Shown here: positions 30,103 to 40,487 of the stretch, one piece after another
Layout: each line of letters opens with the position of its first letter
Numbering within the stretch: the stretch's first letter is position 1
From: Marinicella sp.
GTDB lineage: Bacteria; Pseudomonadota; Gammaproteobacteria; Xanthomonadales; Marinicellaceae
DNA: 64,000 nt
NCBI GenBank assembly: GCA_965230295.1
Contig: OZ246001.1
Span: forward strand, 1 to 64,000
Reading direction: 5' to 3'
Position numbers and translations under genes: made by a program
The notes under the pieces: generated by a model
Told to the model about the DNA's origin: nothing
The model's database searches: none
What the model saw: only the letters and a program-made list of their open reading frames with translations

Positions 30103-32840
30103 TGAGTATCATAAAATGGTTCAACAAACCCAAATGGCAAAGCCCTAACGAACAAGTCAGGATTGCTGCAATCAAATCAAGTCAAGACGCTGAATTGCTC
30201 AGTTCCTTGGCCAGTATCATAGCAACAGATCCCAGCTCTAAAGTCCAAAAAGCGGCTTTGTCCCGCATAGACGACAACCAAACACTGTTGGGCATCTCAT
30301 TGAATCATGATGACAAGTCCATCAGAAAACAAGCCAACAAAAAACTCATTCAAAACTTCAGCCAGAACAGCGCCGAAAATCAATTGGAATTGTTTCAGCA
30401 AATCAAAGATGCAGAAACCATCAAAGCAATGGCTCAAAAAGCGGTCAACACGGCCGTCAGAAAGTCAGCATTGCAGCACATTAAGCAACAAGGGCTGTTA
30501 AGTGAATTGTTATTTGAAGAGCCTGAACTCGAACTACAAAAACTCATCATAGAGAAAATAGATCAACCGGCCACACTGACCCGATTGGCCCAAAAAGCCA
30601 GCAAAAAAAATTCAAAGTTAAAAAAATTGATTCAAGCTAAACTGGGCGATCATGAGTCACAAGATCAAAATGACCAAGCCATTAAGATGTGTGTTGAATT
30701 AGAAGATGTGGTGCATGGTAGAAAAACAGATTTGGATCTGGCCAAAGTCAATGCCCAATGGAAAAACATAGAAGCGGCTGTTTCTCAAGCCAATCAAATG
30801 CGTTTCAATGGCGCATTTGCAGCAGCAAAAATGATGTTGGATCCAGAACACCGCAGCCAGTTTTTGCAAGAACAAAAACGCCAACGTGCCATGGCATTGT
30901 TAACAGAGTTGGAACAAGCACTCAACAAACAAACTTCATTCAGCTTAAAAGAAATTCAAGCAAGCTTCAATAAGTATAAAAACATCGAACCATCAGACCT
31001 CACACCTGAAGCATCTAGACGATACAAACAATTGGAGCAGCAATTAACAGCTGTCAGGGATGAAATTCAAAAAGAACAGCAGATTCCAGCCAAAGTCACC
31101 AACACACTAGACCAAATTAATCAGGCACTGGGCCAACACATTGTTCAACCTGACCAACTCAATCGTTTTAAGAAACAATGGTCTCAATCAACCAAGAACA
31201 TAAAAAGCAGCGATGCTTTTAAAGCCATTACACAACAATTCAAAGATGCCTGTTTAAAATTGGCTGAGAAAATTGAACAATCAGCAAAACTCAGAGACCA
31301 AGCTGCCAATGAGGCGGTGGCATTGATCGAACCAACCGTTAAAGAAATTAACGATGGGCATTTGACCAAAGCCAAAGAAATGACCAATCAAATGGCTGAA
31401 CAAAAGAAAATTGCAGGATTCAATCACCCCGTAATCAAGAAAAACAAATACCAACTAGACAGCGTGTGGCAACAATTAAAAGACCTTCGCAATTGGCAAA
31501 AGTGGAGCAACGACAAAGCCAGAGGTGACATCATTGATGAATTGAAAGACATGGTGGGCAAAGCACTGCACCCGGATGCCGTGATGAAAAAACTCAAAGA
31601 GGTCAATGAACGTTGGTATGCATTGGAGGACATGGAAAAATTACCAGGTGATAAGTTCCCAAGTCGCAATCAAAAAATGTGGCAAGATTTCAGATTGGTA
31701 TCCAAGGCTTTGTTTGAACCGACTCAACCCTTCTTTGAAAAACGCAGCGAACAACAAGATTCATACCTGGCTGACATTCTAGCCAGCATTCAAAGTATGA
31801 ATTCAGTAGATTTAGAAGAAGCCTCTGAGCGTGACTTAGCCAGAATGAGTCGAAACGCCATCAAACACCTCAAATCTCTGGATAAATTACCACCCAAAGA
31901 ACGCGGAAAAACGGCCAAAAGCCTGAGAAAGGCCATCAATCGAATTGATCAAAAATTAAACGAATTTTATCAATCGGCTGAAACCAAGAAGTTGAAGTTG
32001 ATTGAGCAAGCACAGGCGTTAAAAAATGTTGATGACATCAGTGAAGCCATAGAGTCTGCAAAGCAGCTACAACAACAGTGGAAATCTGCAGGTATCGTAA
32101 AACAACACACGGAACGGAAACTTTGGAAAAAGTTTCGTAAAGCCAACGATTCAGTATTTAACCGCAGAGATGCAGCCAAGCAAGCCCTCAATGAAGCCGA
32201 ACAGGCACAACGGGAACAAGCTCAGCAAATACTCAACACCCATAAAAAACAGCTACAAAAAGCCAAGGGTGTCGACGCTTTAAACAACATCAAAAATCAG
32301 CTTATGCAAAGTTGGGGCGATATGGACAAGTCAGAAAAACTGTTGTCTCATGAATACAATCATTTACTGCAAAACATCAATGATGCAGTGAAACAAGACC
32401 AATTCAAAGCCATCATTAATGCTTACAAAGACAAACAAAGACTGGATGAACTATATATTCAATTAGAACAAGGCAAAATTCAACCCGAACAGTTTGAGTC
32501 CAAATCTGCTAAAACAGCCACTCCTGAATTATTAAGTTTCTTCAACCAACGATCAGAGTCTGAGAACAGCACAGAAGTTTTAACCAATCTGATGATCCAG
32601 GGAGAGTTCATCACTGGTTTAGAAACACCTGAACAAGACATTGAAGCTCGCATGGCTTACCAGGTCAAAGTATTGTCAGAACGGATGTCAGGAGAAAAAG
32701 CCCAAACCAATCAAAGCCAAGCTACCGACTGGTTAGACCATTGGTTCTTAACTACAAAACCTGACACAGGTTTTTATTCTGCCAACAAAAAAAGGATTGC
32801 TGCCATCATCAAAGCCATGATGTCATTGTTGGTTGACTGA
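30102..32840 (+). CDS. DUF349 domain-containing helical protein
   Basis: Likely start is ATG 30102 (MSIIKWFNKPKWQS), overlapping the dusB stop; repeated LQQQWKSAG..ERKLWKKFRKANDSVF units. Confidence 0.8.
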   Translation: MSIIKWFNKPKWQSPNEQVRIAAIKSSQDAELLSSLASIIATDPSSKVQKAALSRIDDNQTLLGISLNHDDKSIRKQANKKLIQNFSQNSAENQLELFQQIKDAETIKAMAQKAVNTAVRKSALQHIKQQGLLSELLFEEPELELQKLIIEKIDQPATLTRLAQKASKKNSKLKKLIQAKLGDHESQDQNDQAIKMCVELEDVVHGRKTDLDLAKVNAQWKNIEAAVSQANQMRFNGAFAAAKMMLDPEHRSQFLQEQKRQRAMALLTELEQALNKQTSFSLKEIQASFNKYKNIEPSDLTPEASRRYKQLEQQLTAVRDEIQKEQQIPAKVTNTLDQINQALGQHIVQPDQLNRFKKQWSQSTKNIKSSDAFKAITQQFKDACLKLAEKIEQSAKLRDQAANEAVALIEPTVKEINDGHLTKAKEMTNQMAEQKKIAGFNHPVIKKNKYQLDSVWQQLKDLRNWQKWSNDKARGDIIDELKDMVGKALHPDAVMKKLKEVNERWYALEDMEKLPGDKFPSRNQKMWQDFRLVSKALFEPTQPFFEKRSEQQDSYLADILASIQSMNSVDLEEASERDLARMSRNAIKHLKSLDKLPPKERGKTAKSLRKAINRIDQKLNEFYQSAETKKLKLIEQAQALKNVDDISEAIESAKQLQQQWKSAGIVKQHTERKLWKKFRKANDSVFNRRDAAKQALNEAEQAQREQAQQILNTHKKQLQKAKGVDALNNIKNQLMQSWGDMDKSEKLLSHEYNHLLQNINDAVKQDQFKAIINAYKDKQRLDELYIQLEQGKIQPEQFESKSAKTATPELLSFFNQRSESENSTEVLTNLMIQGEFITGLETPEQDIEARMAYQVKVLSERMSGEKAQTNQSQATDWLDHWFLTTKPDTGFYSANKKRIAAIIKAMMSLLVD

Positions 32841-33051
32841 ATCCGGTTATTCCACACAAAGGGCCAAGGATGGCCTTGTTGGACAAATGGTTGTTCAGGA
32901 GATTTTAATTTTTGACTTGTCAGCACAGCAGTTTCTCATTGATTGGTGGTACAGCCACCCTCTTCTAGCGATCATTCGTGACCAAAGACACATCCAATAT
33001 CAACCATTACTCAATAAAATAAATCAGTTTTATTATCATTAGAGAGAACAC

Positions 33052-35091
33052 ATGAAAAAGACTTTGCTAATTTCAGCCCTGTCATTGGGATTAATGGCTT
33101 GCCACCAAGAATCTGTGAAAAAGGACTCTGTGGCCAAAGCAGTTAACCCAGTCACCTCTGGTATCAGACTTGAGAACATGGATAAATCAATCAGACCACA
33201 AGATGACTTTTACCGACACATCAACGGCAAATGGCTGAATGAATTTGAATTACCCGCCGACAAGTCAAATTATGGCGCATTCACCAAATTGGCAGAGCTC
33301 AGTCGTGAACGGGTCAAAGAAATCATTAACGATGTATCTAAGATGAAAAACGAGCAAGGCAGCGATGAACAAAAAATCGCCGATATTTATCGCGGATTCA
33401 TGGACACTGAAACAATCAACTCATTGGGCATGAAACCGATCAAAAAGGAATTGGCCCGAATTGATGCCATCAAAGACCGTGACGGGTTAAGTGAATACAT
33501 GGGATATGCTGATATCTATGCGTCTTCTCCTTTGGGCATGTTTGTTTACATTGATCAAAAGAAATCGGATGAACACATAGTTTATGTCGGTCAAAGTGGT
33601 TTGGGTCTACCCAACCGTGACTACTATTTCAAGGAAGATGAAAAGTCGCAAAACATCCGTGATAAATACCAACAACATATCAGCAATTTATTCTCTTTAG
33701 CAGGGATAGAAAAGCCAGATGCCGCCATGCAAGCGGTATACAACATTGAAAAGGATTTAGCAGCCGGTCAGTGGACACCAATCCAGAATCGAGACCGCGA
33801 TAAAACTTACAATAAAATGAGTTTTGCGGACTTCACTGCCAAAGTACCCAATGTAAACTGGGATGCCTGGTTAACCCATACCATGATTGATAAACCAGCC
33901 AATTTAGTGGTCATCCAGCCACCCTACCTGGACACCATGAATGAAGTGATAGCAAAATACAGTCTTGATGATTGGAAGCATTACTATAAATGGCATTTAT
34001 TAACCAATGCATCGACCTACTTAAGTGAGGATTTTGAGCAAGAAAACTTTGCTTTTTATGGCACTGTTTTGACTGGTACCACTGAACAAGAACCGAGGTG
34101 GAAACGTGGTGTTGACTTGGTTAATGGCTTAACCGGCGAATTGGTCGGTAAAGTTTATGTGAAAAAACATTTCCCACCTGAAGCCAAAGAACGCATGGTT
34201 GGTTTGATTGAAAACCTGCGTGATGCTTATGGTCAAAGCATCAAAGACTTGGAGTGGATGGGAGATGAAACCAAAGTCAAAGCACTGGATAAACTGGCAA
34301 AATTTGACCCGAAAATTGGTTACCCTGATGTTTGGCGTGACTACAGCAACCTCAACATCTCTGGTGATGACTTGGTGGCTAACTTGAAAGAAGCTACCCG
34401 GTTCTTTACCCATCGCAACCGCAGTAAAATGGGACAGCCTATTGACCGCAATGAATGGGGCATGAACCCACAAACGGTTAACGCTTATTACAACCCAACC
34501 AAAAACGAAATCGTATTTCCGGCAGCCATCTTACAAGCCCCATTCTTCAATTTAGTGGCAGATGAAGCTGTTAACTACGGTGGCATTGGTGCTGTCATCG
34601 GTCATGAAATGGGTCATGGCTTTGATGACCAGGGTTCTAAATACGATGGTGATGGCAACCTGAAAAATTGGTGGACAGACGAAGACCGAGCCAATTTTGA
34701 GAAACTAACCAACAAACTGGTGAAACAGTATGATGCTTTCACCGTGGTAGATGGTACACACGTCAAAGGTGAATTCACCCAAGGTGAGAACATTGGTGAC
34801 TTGAGTGGCTTGTCAATTTCGTACAAGGCATTCAAAGCCAATTACAAAGACGATCGAGTGATTGATGGATACACCCCCGAGCAACGATTCTTTATGGGCT
34901 GGGCACAAGTCTGGATGCGTAAGTACCGTGATGAAGAATTGTTGCGTAGGATTGATGTGGATCCACATTCACCCTCTGAATTCAGGGCCAATGGAATTTT
35001 AAGGAATTTACCTGAGTTCTATGAAGCCTTTGATGTCAAACCGGGTGATGGTATGTATTTACCTCCTGAAGAACGGGTTAAGATTTGGTAA
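33052..35091 (+). CDS. M13 family (neprilysin/PepO-like) metallopeptidase, lipoprotein
   Basis: Lipobox LMAC, VNAYY, HEMGHGFD, GENIGD, DPHSP. Confidence 0.95.
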   Translation: MKKTLLISALSLGLMACHQESVKKDSVAKAVNPVTSGIRLENMDKSIRPQDDFYRHINGKWLNEFELPADKSNYGAFTKLAELSRERVKEIINDVSKMKNEQGSDEQKIADIYRGFMDTETINSLGMKPIKKELARIDAIKDRDGLSEYMGYADIYASSPLGMFVYIDQKKSDEHIVYVGQSGLGLPNRDYYFKEDEKSQNIRDKYQQHISNLFSLAGIEKPDAAMQAVYNIEKDLAAGQWTPIQNRDRDKTYNKMSFADFTAKVPNVNWDAWLTHTMIDKPANLVVIQPPYLDTMNEVIAKYSLDDWKHYYKWHLLTNASTYLSEDFEQENFAFYGTVLTGTTEQEPRWKRGVDLVNGLTGELVGKVYVKKHFPPEAKERMVGLIENLRDAYGQSIKDLEWMGDETKVKALDKLAKFDPKIGYPDVWRDYSNLNISGDDLVANLKEATRFFTHRNRSKMGQPIDRNEWGMNPQTVNAYYNPTKNEIVFPAAILQAPFFNLVADEAVNYGGIGAVIGHEMGHGFDDQGSKYDGDGNLKNWWTDEDRANFEKLTNKLVKQYDAFTVVDGTHVKGEFTQGENIGDLSGLSISYKAFKANYKDDRVIDGYTPEQRFFMGWAQVWMRKYRDEELLRRIDVDPHSPSEFRANGILRNLPEFYEAFDVKPGDGMYLPPEERVKIW

Positions 35092-35118
35092 ACCTTTAAC
35101 CAACATAGACCCATGATC

Positions 35119-35146
35119 AAGGCGGAATCAAATTTCCGCCTTTTTT
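35119..35146 (+). terminator. Intrinsic terminator
   Basis: AAGGCGGAA-TCAAAT-TTCCGCCTT plus T run. Confidence 0.8.
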
Positions 35147-35147
35147 A

Positions 35148-35175
35148 TGCAACCATTTTGAAAGTCATGCGTATA
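35148..35175 (+). promoter_or_regulatory. Putative ECF-sigma promoter
   Basis: TGCAAC-16 bp-CGTATA (AAC/CGT pattern), 35 nt before the vWA start. Confidence 0.5.
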
Positions 35176-35209
35176 GACCCATAACACCAATATAAATAGG
35201 CGATATACC

Positions 35210-36868
35210 ATGAAAAACATTTTAATCATATCTATCTTGGCTTTGTTGACCGCTTGCGCAGGCCAGCAACACAACAACAAAGAACCAGAACAGGCAGAAC
35301 TAAAACCATTTCCAAAACAAGAACTTGAGGGTGATGTTGCACTCGCTGAAGAAGCCATAACTGTGACTGGTAGCCGCATCCAGGCAAACAGAAAAGCCGT
35401 TCATGACAGCTTGGCAATGTATGCTCCTGTTGCAGTCAAACCACACCAGCCGGTCCCTATTGATCGCGATAATTATCACCATTTCGAAGATCATGCGGTG
35501 CAATCAGTTTGGCAGAACCCTGTTTCTACTTTCAGTATTGATGTAGATACAGGCTCTTATGCCAACATCAGGCGCATGTTAAATAACGGCCAAATACCCA
35601 GAAAAGATGCAGTTCGTGTCGAAGAATTGATCAATTATTTTGATTATGACTACGCCACTCCTGAAGACATCAACCAACCATTTTTGGCCAATACTGAATT
35701 GGCACCTTCTCCATGGAATGCCAATGCACATCTACTGCATATTGGAATCAAAGGTTACCAACTGCAAAACACTGAAAGACCCGCTGCCAACCTGGTGTTT
35801 TTATTGGATGTTTCCGGTTCCATGAACAGTCCAGATAAAATCGGACTGTTAAAATCATCGTTAAAATTACTGAGTAAACAAATGACGGCCAATGACTATG
35901 TCAGCATCGTTGTTTATGCGGGAGCAGCTGGCGTGGTGTTAGAGCCAACACCAGGGAATAACCAAGCCAAAATAGCCATGGCTTTGGACCGACTCAATGC
36001 AGGAGGATCTACCAATGGGGCTGCAGGCATCCACTTGGCTTACCAAATGGCTGAACAAAACTGGGTGAAAGATGGTATCAATCGGATCCTCATTGCCACC
36101 GACGGGGACTTCAATGTGGGTACCACTGATTTTGAAGCTTTGAAAGAGTTGGTTGAGAACAAACGAAAAAAAGGTATTTCATTGACCACACTTGGATTTG
36201 GGACTGGTAATTACAATGACCACTTGATGGAACAGCTGGCTGATGTGGGCAATGGTAATTATGCTTACATCGATACCATTAAAGAAGCCAACAAAGTTCT
36301 GGTCGATCAAATCAATTCAACTTTATTCACCATTGCTAAGGACGTTAAAATTCAAATTGAATTCAATCCAAATGTGGTATCTGAGTACCGCCTTATTGGC
36401 TATGAAAATCGACAACTGAACAATGAGGATTTTGCCAATGACAAGGTGGATGCAGGTGAAATTGGCGCCGGCCATACAGTCACTGCCATTTACGAGGTGA
36501 TTCTACAGGGCAATCAAGGTTGGCTCAGTGAATCCAGATATCAAAAGTCCATTGAAACACAAAACAAAGGTGATGAAGTTGCTTATTTGAAAATCAGATA
36601 CAAAGAACCGGAAGAATCAAACAGCCAATTGTTACAATGGCCCATCATGAAAAGCCAAATCATCAGGCTCGAAAACGCAACAAATGAATTTAAATTTGCC
36701 GCTGCAGTGGCTGCATTTGGACAAATTTTAAGAGATGGAACTTACCTAAAATCATTCAGTTACGACAACATCATTACTTTGGCTCGAAATTCAAAAGGCG
36801 CTGATAAGTATGGATATAGGGGCGAATTTTTACAATTGGTTTCCTTGGCGAAAGGTTTGGCGAATTGA
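35210..36868 (+). CDS. YfbK-like vWA-domain lipoprotein
   Basis: Lipobox LTAC, STFSIDVDTGSY, DVSGSM MIDAS, TDGDFNVG, DAGEIGAGH. Confidence 0.92.
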   Translation: MKNILIISILALLTACAGQQHNNKEPEQAELKPFPKQELEGDVALAEEAITVTGSRIQANRKAVHDSLAMYAPVAVKPHQPVPIDRDNYHHFEDHAVQSVWQNPVSTFSIDVDTGSYANIRRMLNNGQIPRKDAVRVEELINYFDYDYATPEDINQPFLANTELAPSPWNANAHLLHIGIKGYQLQNTERPAANLVFLLDVSGSMNSPDKIGLLKSSLKLLSKQMTANDYVSIVVYAGAAGVVLEPTPGNNQAKIAMALDRLNAGGSTNGAAGIHLAYQMAEQNWVKDGINRILIATDGDFNVGTTDFEALKELVENKRKKGISLTTLGFGTGNYNDHLMEQLADVGNGNYAYIDTIKEANKVLVDQINSTLFTIAKDVKIQIEFNPNVVSEYRLIGYENRQLNNEDFANDKVDAGEIGAGHTVTAIYEVILQGNQGWLSESRYQKSIETQNKGDEVAYLKIRYKEPEESNSQLLQWPIMKSQIIRLENATNEFKFAAAVAAFGQILRDGTYLKSFSYDNIITLARNSKGADKYGYRGEFLQLVSLAKGLAN

Positions 36869-36892
36869 TTGAAAAATCGATAAAATAATGGG

Positions 36893-37453
36893 ATGAACAA
36901 AACCCAAGACAACAAGAAAAACTCACCAACCCAAAAGATCTTATGGGTCGGGTTGGTGGGTTTGATACTGGCAATTTCATTGTTCTTGTTTATCCCGACC
37001 AAGCAAAACAACCCATCAGAACAAACCAAACAGACTGGTCAAGAAATCAACCAACCTCTTGAACAAACCACACTTCAAAGTGACAAGAATGAAACCAACA
37101 CTGACTCCACTGACGCCCAACCAAAACAAGGCGCATCCATGGCAGAGATACAAGACATCATTGAGGAGCAAGGCCGTTTATCAATCACTGGCAAGCCCAT
37201 TGACAGAGCAGCATTGAAAGCCAATAAAGCCAAGATGATGGATGAGTTAATGATTAAGAAAAGAACCATCAACGCCAGTACCATGAGTCCCTTAATGGCC
37301 CTTGAGTATGAACAATTTGGTCGTTACCTTGATCGTGGACAATATGATTTGGCTGACCAACTACTTACTGACATGCAAGAATCCTGGCCTGAGTATGACT
37401 ATGAAGACATGATCTATCGACTGGCATTGGCTGAAACCGGCACGAACCAATAA
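36893..37453 (+). CDS. Single-TM hypothetical protein with C-terminal TPR-like helical hairpin
   Basis: One TM, Q/T-rich linker, YLDRGQYDLADQLLTDMQESWPEY. Confidence 0.65.
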   Translation: MNKTQDNKKNSPTQKILWVGLVGLILAISLFLFIPTKQNNPSEQTKQTGQEINQPLEQTTLQSDKNETNTDSTDAQPKQGASMAEIQDIIEEQGRLSITGKPIDRAALKANKAKMMDELMIKKRTINASTMSPLMALEYEQFGRYLDRGQYDLADQLLTDMQESWPEYDYEDMIYRLALAETGTNQ

Positions 37454-37462
37454 TCACAGAAA

Positions 37463-38356
37463 TCAGTTCAAGGCATTGGCCACTTGACTGTTTGGCGATC
37501 TACCAAGGACTTGTGAAATCTGTTTTCCTGCAGCCACCAATAAAGGTAAATCAATACCAGTTTTTATGCCCATACCATGCAGCATATAAATGACATTTTC
37601 TGTACTGACATTACCAGTGGCTCCTTTTGCATACGGACACCCACCGATGCCAGCAACCGATGAATCGATCACTGTTGCACCCAACTCTAAGCAAGCGTGA
37701 ATATTGGCCAGGGCCTGCCCATAAGTGTCATGAAAATGCAACGCCAATCGATTGATAGGAATGTCTTCTGCACATAAACTGAACATGTGTTGTGCAGCCT
37801 TTGGGGTTCCGGTTCCAATGGTGTCTCCCAGAGAAACTTCATAACAACCCATATCATGCAATTGCCTGGCCACTGTTGCCACCATGGCAGGATCAATTTC
37901 GCCTTCATATGGACAGCCCAAAACACAAGACACATAGCCTCGGACTTTCATGTGATTTGCATGGGCATGTTCAATTACGGGTTTGAATCGTTTGAATGAT
38001 TCTGCTATGGAACAATTGATGTTTTTTTGATTGAAGGATTCTGATGCTGCGGTAAACACCGCGACTTCTTTGATGCCTGATTCTATGGCTGCTTCTAAGC
38101 CTTTCATGTTCGGTGTCAATGCTGAATAGTGGACTTCAGGGTCTTCTGTTAATCCCGCACAAACTGCTTTGGCATCTGCCAATTGAGGCACCCATTTGGG
38201 TGAAACAAACCCGGTCACCTCTATGTTCTTGACCCCTGCTCTTCTTAAACCATTAATCAATGCCAGTTTATCAGCGACTGAAATGACTTGTTTTTCGTTC
38301 TGTAAGCCGTCCCTGGGTGAAACTTCAACGATCTTAATGCTTGATGGCAAATTCAT
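37463..38356 (-). CDS. liuE: Hydroxymethylglutaryl-CoA lyase
   Basis: EVSPRDGLQNE, HFHDTYG, GGCPYA, GNVSTE. Confidence 0.93.
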   Translation of the reverse strand: MNLPSSIKIVEVSPRDGLQNEKQVISVADKLALINGLRRAGVKNIEVTGFVSPKWVPQLADAKAVCAGLTEDPEVHYSALTPNMKGLEAAIESGIKEVAVFTAASESFNQKNINCSIAESFKRFKPVIEHAHANHMKVRGYVSCVLGCPYEGEIDPAMVATVARQLHDMGCYEVSLGDTIGTGTPKAAQHMFSLCAEDIPINRLALHFHDTYGQALANIHACLELGATVIDSSVAGIGGCPYAKGATGNVSTENVIYMLHGMGIKTGIDLPLLVAAGKQISQVLGRSPNSQVANALN

Positions 38357-40245
38357 GCTGGATCCAGTTCGACCAATACAACTTCAGCCTGAACCTGGTC
38401 AGTCGTTTGGAAAAGAACTTCTTTAATGGTTGCATCGCGCTCTGCTTTTAATTCCAACTCCATTTTCATGGCTTCCATAACCACCAAAGTTTGACCTGCT
38501 TTCACTGCTTCACCTGATTTCACTTTCATTTCAATGATCTTACCAGGCATGGGGGCATAAATGGCATTGGCGTTTGATGCAGATGATTTGGCTTCAAAGT
38601 CAGGTAAAGTGAACTCATAACGAAGGTCATTGTGGATCACTTGAACCTGATTGCGGTGCGTGTGGCATTGATCATGTTGAGTAGGAAAATAATGATCCTG
38701 GCCATTGATCAAATAGGCGTCGTGCTCCCATGTCACACTGAACTGGTGTTCGTCGCCTTGGTGAGTGAGGTTTATGATCAGTGGTTCATTACCTTGTATT
38801 CTCCAGCCATTTGCTTGTTGCCAAGCAGCCTCGGATTCAGATTGATTCAATAAATGATTGGCGAAAATCACCACCACTTCAGGTACCAATGTCGTTGCCA
38901 ACTCCAATTCCCCATTGTCTAAGGAATTGGTAAAAATCTGATGTTTCTTAAAGGCTTTTGTTGCCAACAACTGGGACAAAAAGGCCACGTTGGTTTTCAC
39001 ACCAAAAATGGCACTTTGATTCAGAACATGCTGCATTTTCTTGATACAAGCGGATCGGTTTTCGGCCCAAACCACCAATTTAGCGATCATCGGGTCATAA
39101 TGAATGGTGACTGAATCACTGGTCCTGACTCCAGAATCCACCAAAACATGTTCACCTGGAAAAAATTTCACCTGCTCCAATAAGCCAGTTGATGGTAGGT
39201 AGTTATTTTGTGGGTCCTCTGCATACAGCCTGACTTGTATGGCATGACCACGTTCATGTATCTCTGTTTGTTTTAATGGTAGATGATGTCCTTCAGCGAC
39301 TCGTATTTGCCACTCAACCAAATCAATACCAGTGATCATCTCAGTCACACGATGTTCTACTTGTAAACGGGTGTTCATTTCCATGAAATAAAATGAATCA
39401 TCACCATCCATGATGAATTCAATCGTACCGGCACCGACATAATCAATGGCTTGTGTTGCTTTGATGGCGGCATTGAGCATGTCAGTTCTTGTGGCATCAC
39501 TCAAGCCGGCTGCTGGCGCCTCTTCAATGACTTTTTGGTATCGGCGCTGGGTTGAACAATCTCTTTCAAACAAATGAACCACATGACCATGCTGGTCAGC
39601 AAACACTTGCACCTCAATGTGTTTAGGTTGGGTGATGTATTTTTCTAAAATCACTTGGTCATCACCAAAAGCGTTCATGGCCTCTCTTTTGGCTGAATTC
39701 AGTTGATTGGCGAAATCGTCACGGCTATGAACAATTTTCATGCCTTTACCACCGCCGCCTGCAACTGCTTTGATCAACACCGGATATCCAATCTCATCAG
39801 CAGCATGCTGCAGCGTGGCTTCAGCCTGATCTTCATCCTGATAGCCTGGGACACAAGGCACATCAGCTTGCAACATGGTTTGCTTGGCAGCTGATTTTGA
39901 GCCCATCAAACTCAAAGCAGATGCCGGGGCTCCGATGAAAATTATCCCGCTGGCCTCTAAGGCTTCAGCAAATGCTGCACGCTCTGACAAAAACCCATAA
40001 CCGGGATGTACAGCATCAGCACCATGTTTTTTAGCGGCTGCAATGATTTTCTCAATATTGAGGTAAGAATCTGCCAGATCAGTGCTGCCTAAATGACAAG
40101 CTTCATCTGCCATTTGAACATGTTTGGCATGCCTGTCTGCATCGGCAAAAACTGCCACGGTTTTGATGTTTAAGTGGCGACATGTGTTGATGATTCGAAC
40201 CGCAATTTCACCACGATTGGCAATCAATATTTTTGAAATGGGCAT
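38353..40245 (-). CDS. liuD: Biotin carboxylase/BCCP subunit, probably methylcrotonyl-CoA carboxylase alpha
   Basis: ANRGEIA, GGGGKGM, EMNTRLQVEH, EAMKME biotin site; coupled to HMG-CoA lyase. Confidence 0.82.
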   Translation of the reverse strand: MPISKILIANRGEIAVRIINTCRHLNIKTVAVFADADRHAKHVQMADEACHLGSTDLADSYLNIEKIIAAAKKHGADAVHPGYGFLSERAAFAEALEASGIIFIGAPASALSLMGSKSAAKQTMLQADVPCVPGYQDEDQAEATLQHAADEIGYPVLIKAVAGGGGKGMKIVHSRDDFANQLNSAKREAMNAFGDDQVILEKYITQPKHIEVQVFADQHGHVVHLFERDCSTQRRYQKVIEEAPAAGLSDATRTDMLNAAIKATQAIDYVGAGTIEFIMDGDDSFYFMEMNTRLQVEHRVTEMITGIDLVEWQIRVAEGHHLPLKQTEIHERGHAIQVRLYAEDPQNNYLPSTGLLEQVKFFPGEHVLVDSGVRTSDSVTIHYDPMIAKLVVWAENRSACIKKMQHVLNQSAIFGVKTNVAFLSQLLATKAFKKHQIFTNSLDNGELELATTLVPEVVVIFANHLLNQSESEAAWQQANGWRIQGNEPLIINLTHQGDEHQFSVTWEHDAYLINGQDHYFPTQHDQCHTHRNQVQVIHNDLRYEFTLPDFEAKSSASNANAIYAPMPGKIIEMKVKSGEAVKAGQTLVVMEAMKMELELKAERDATIKEVLFQTTDQVQAEVVLVELDPA

Positions 40246-40487
40246 GGTAATCGAGTGCTAGATAAAGTGTCATATTATACCCCAGCTAACGGTTAATTGA
40301 TTGACCCAAAATCAACTTAAAAACAACTAATTAATGAGCGGTTTTACTGACTGGTATATGATCCTTCCGGTGTCGAAAAACTGATCAGACAGTTGGCATA
40401 AACACGCCTGTTAAAAAACCAGTCTTTTTGCTGCTGAACAATTTTTAGTTTGTTAAGATAATAGAACTGAATAATCAGGAGTCAGTC

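Noticed and set aside
32833-33042. 69-aa ORF between DUF349 and the M13 peptidase
   Set aside because: TTG start, no clear RBS, no recognisable motif; probably intergenic
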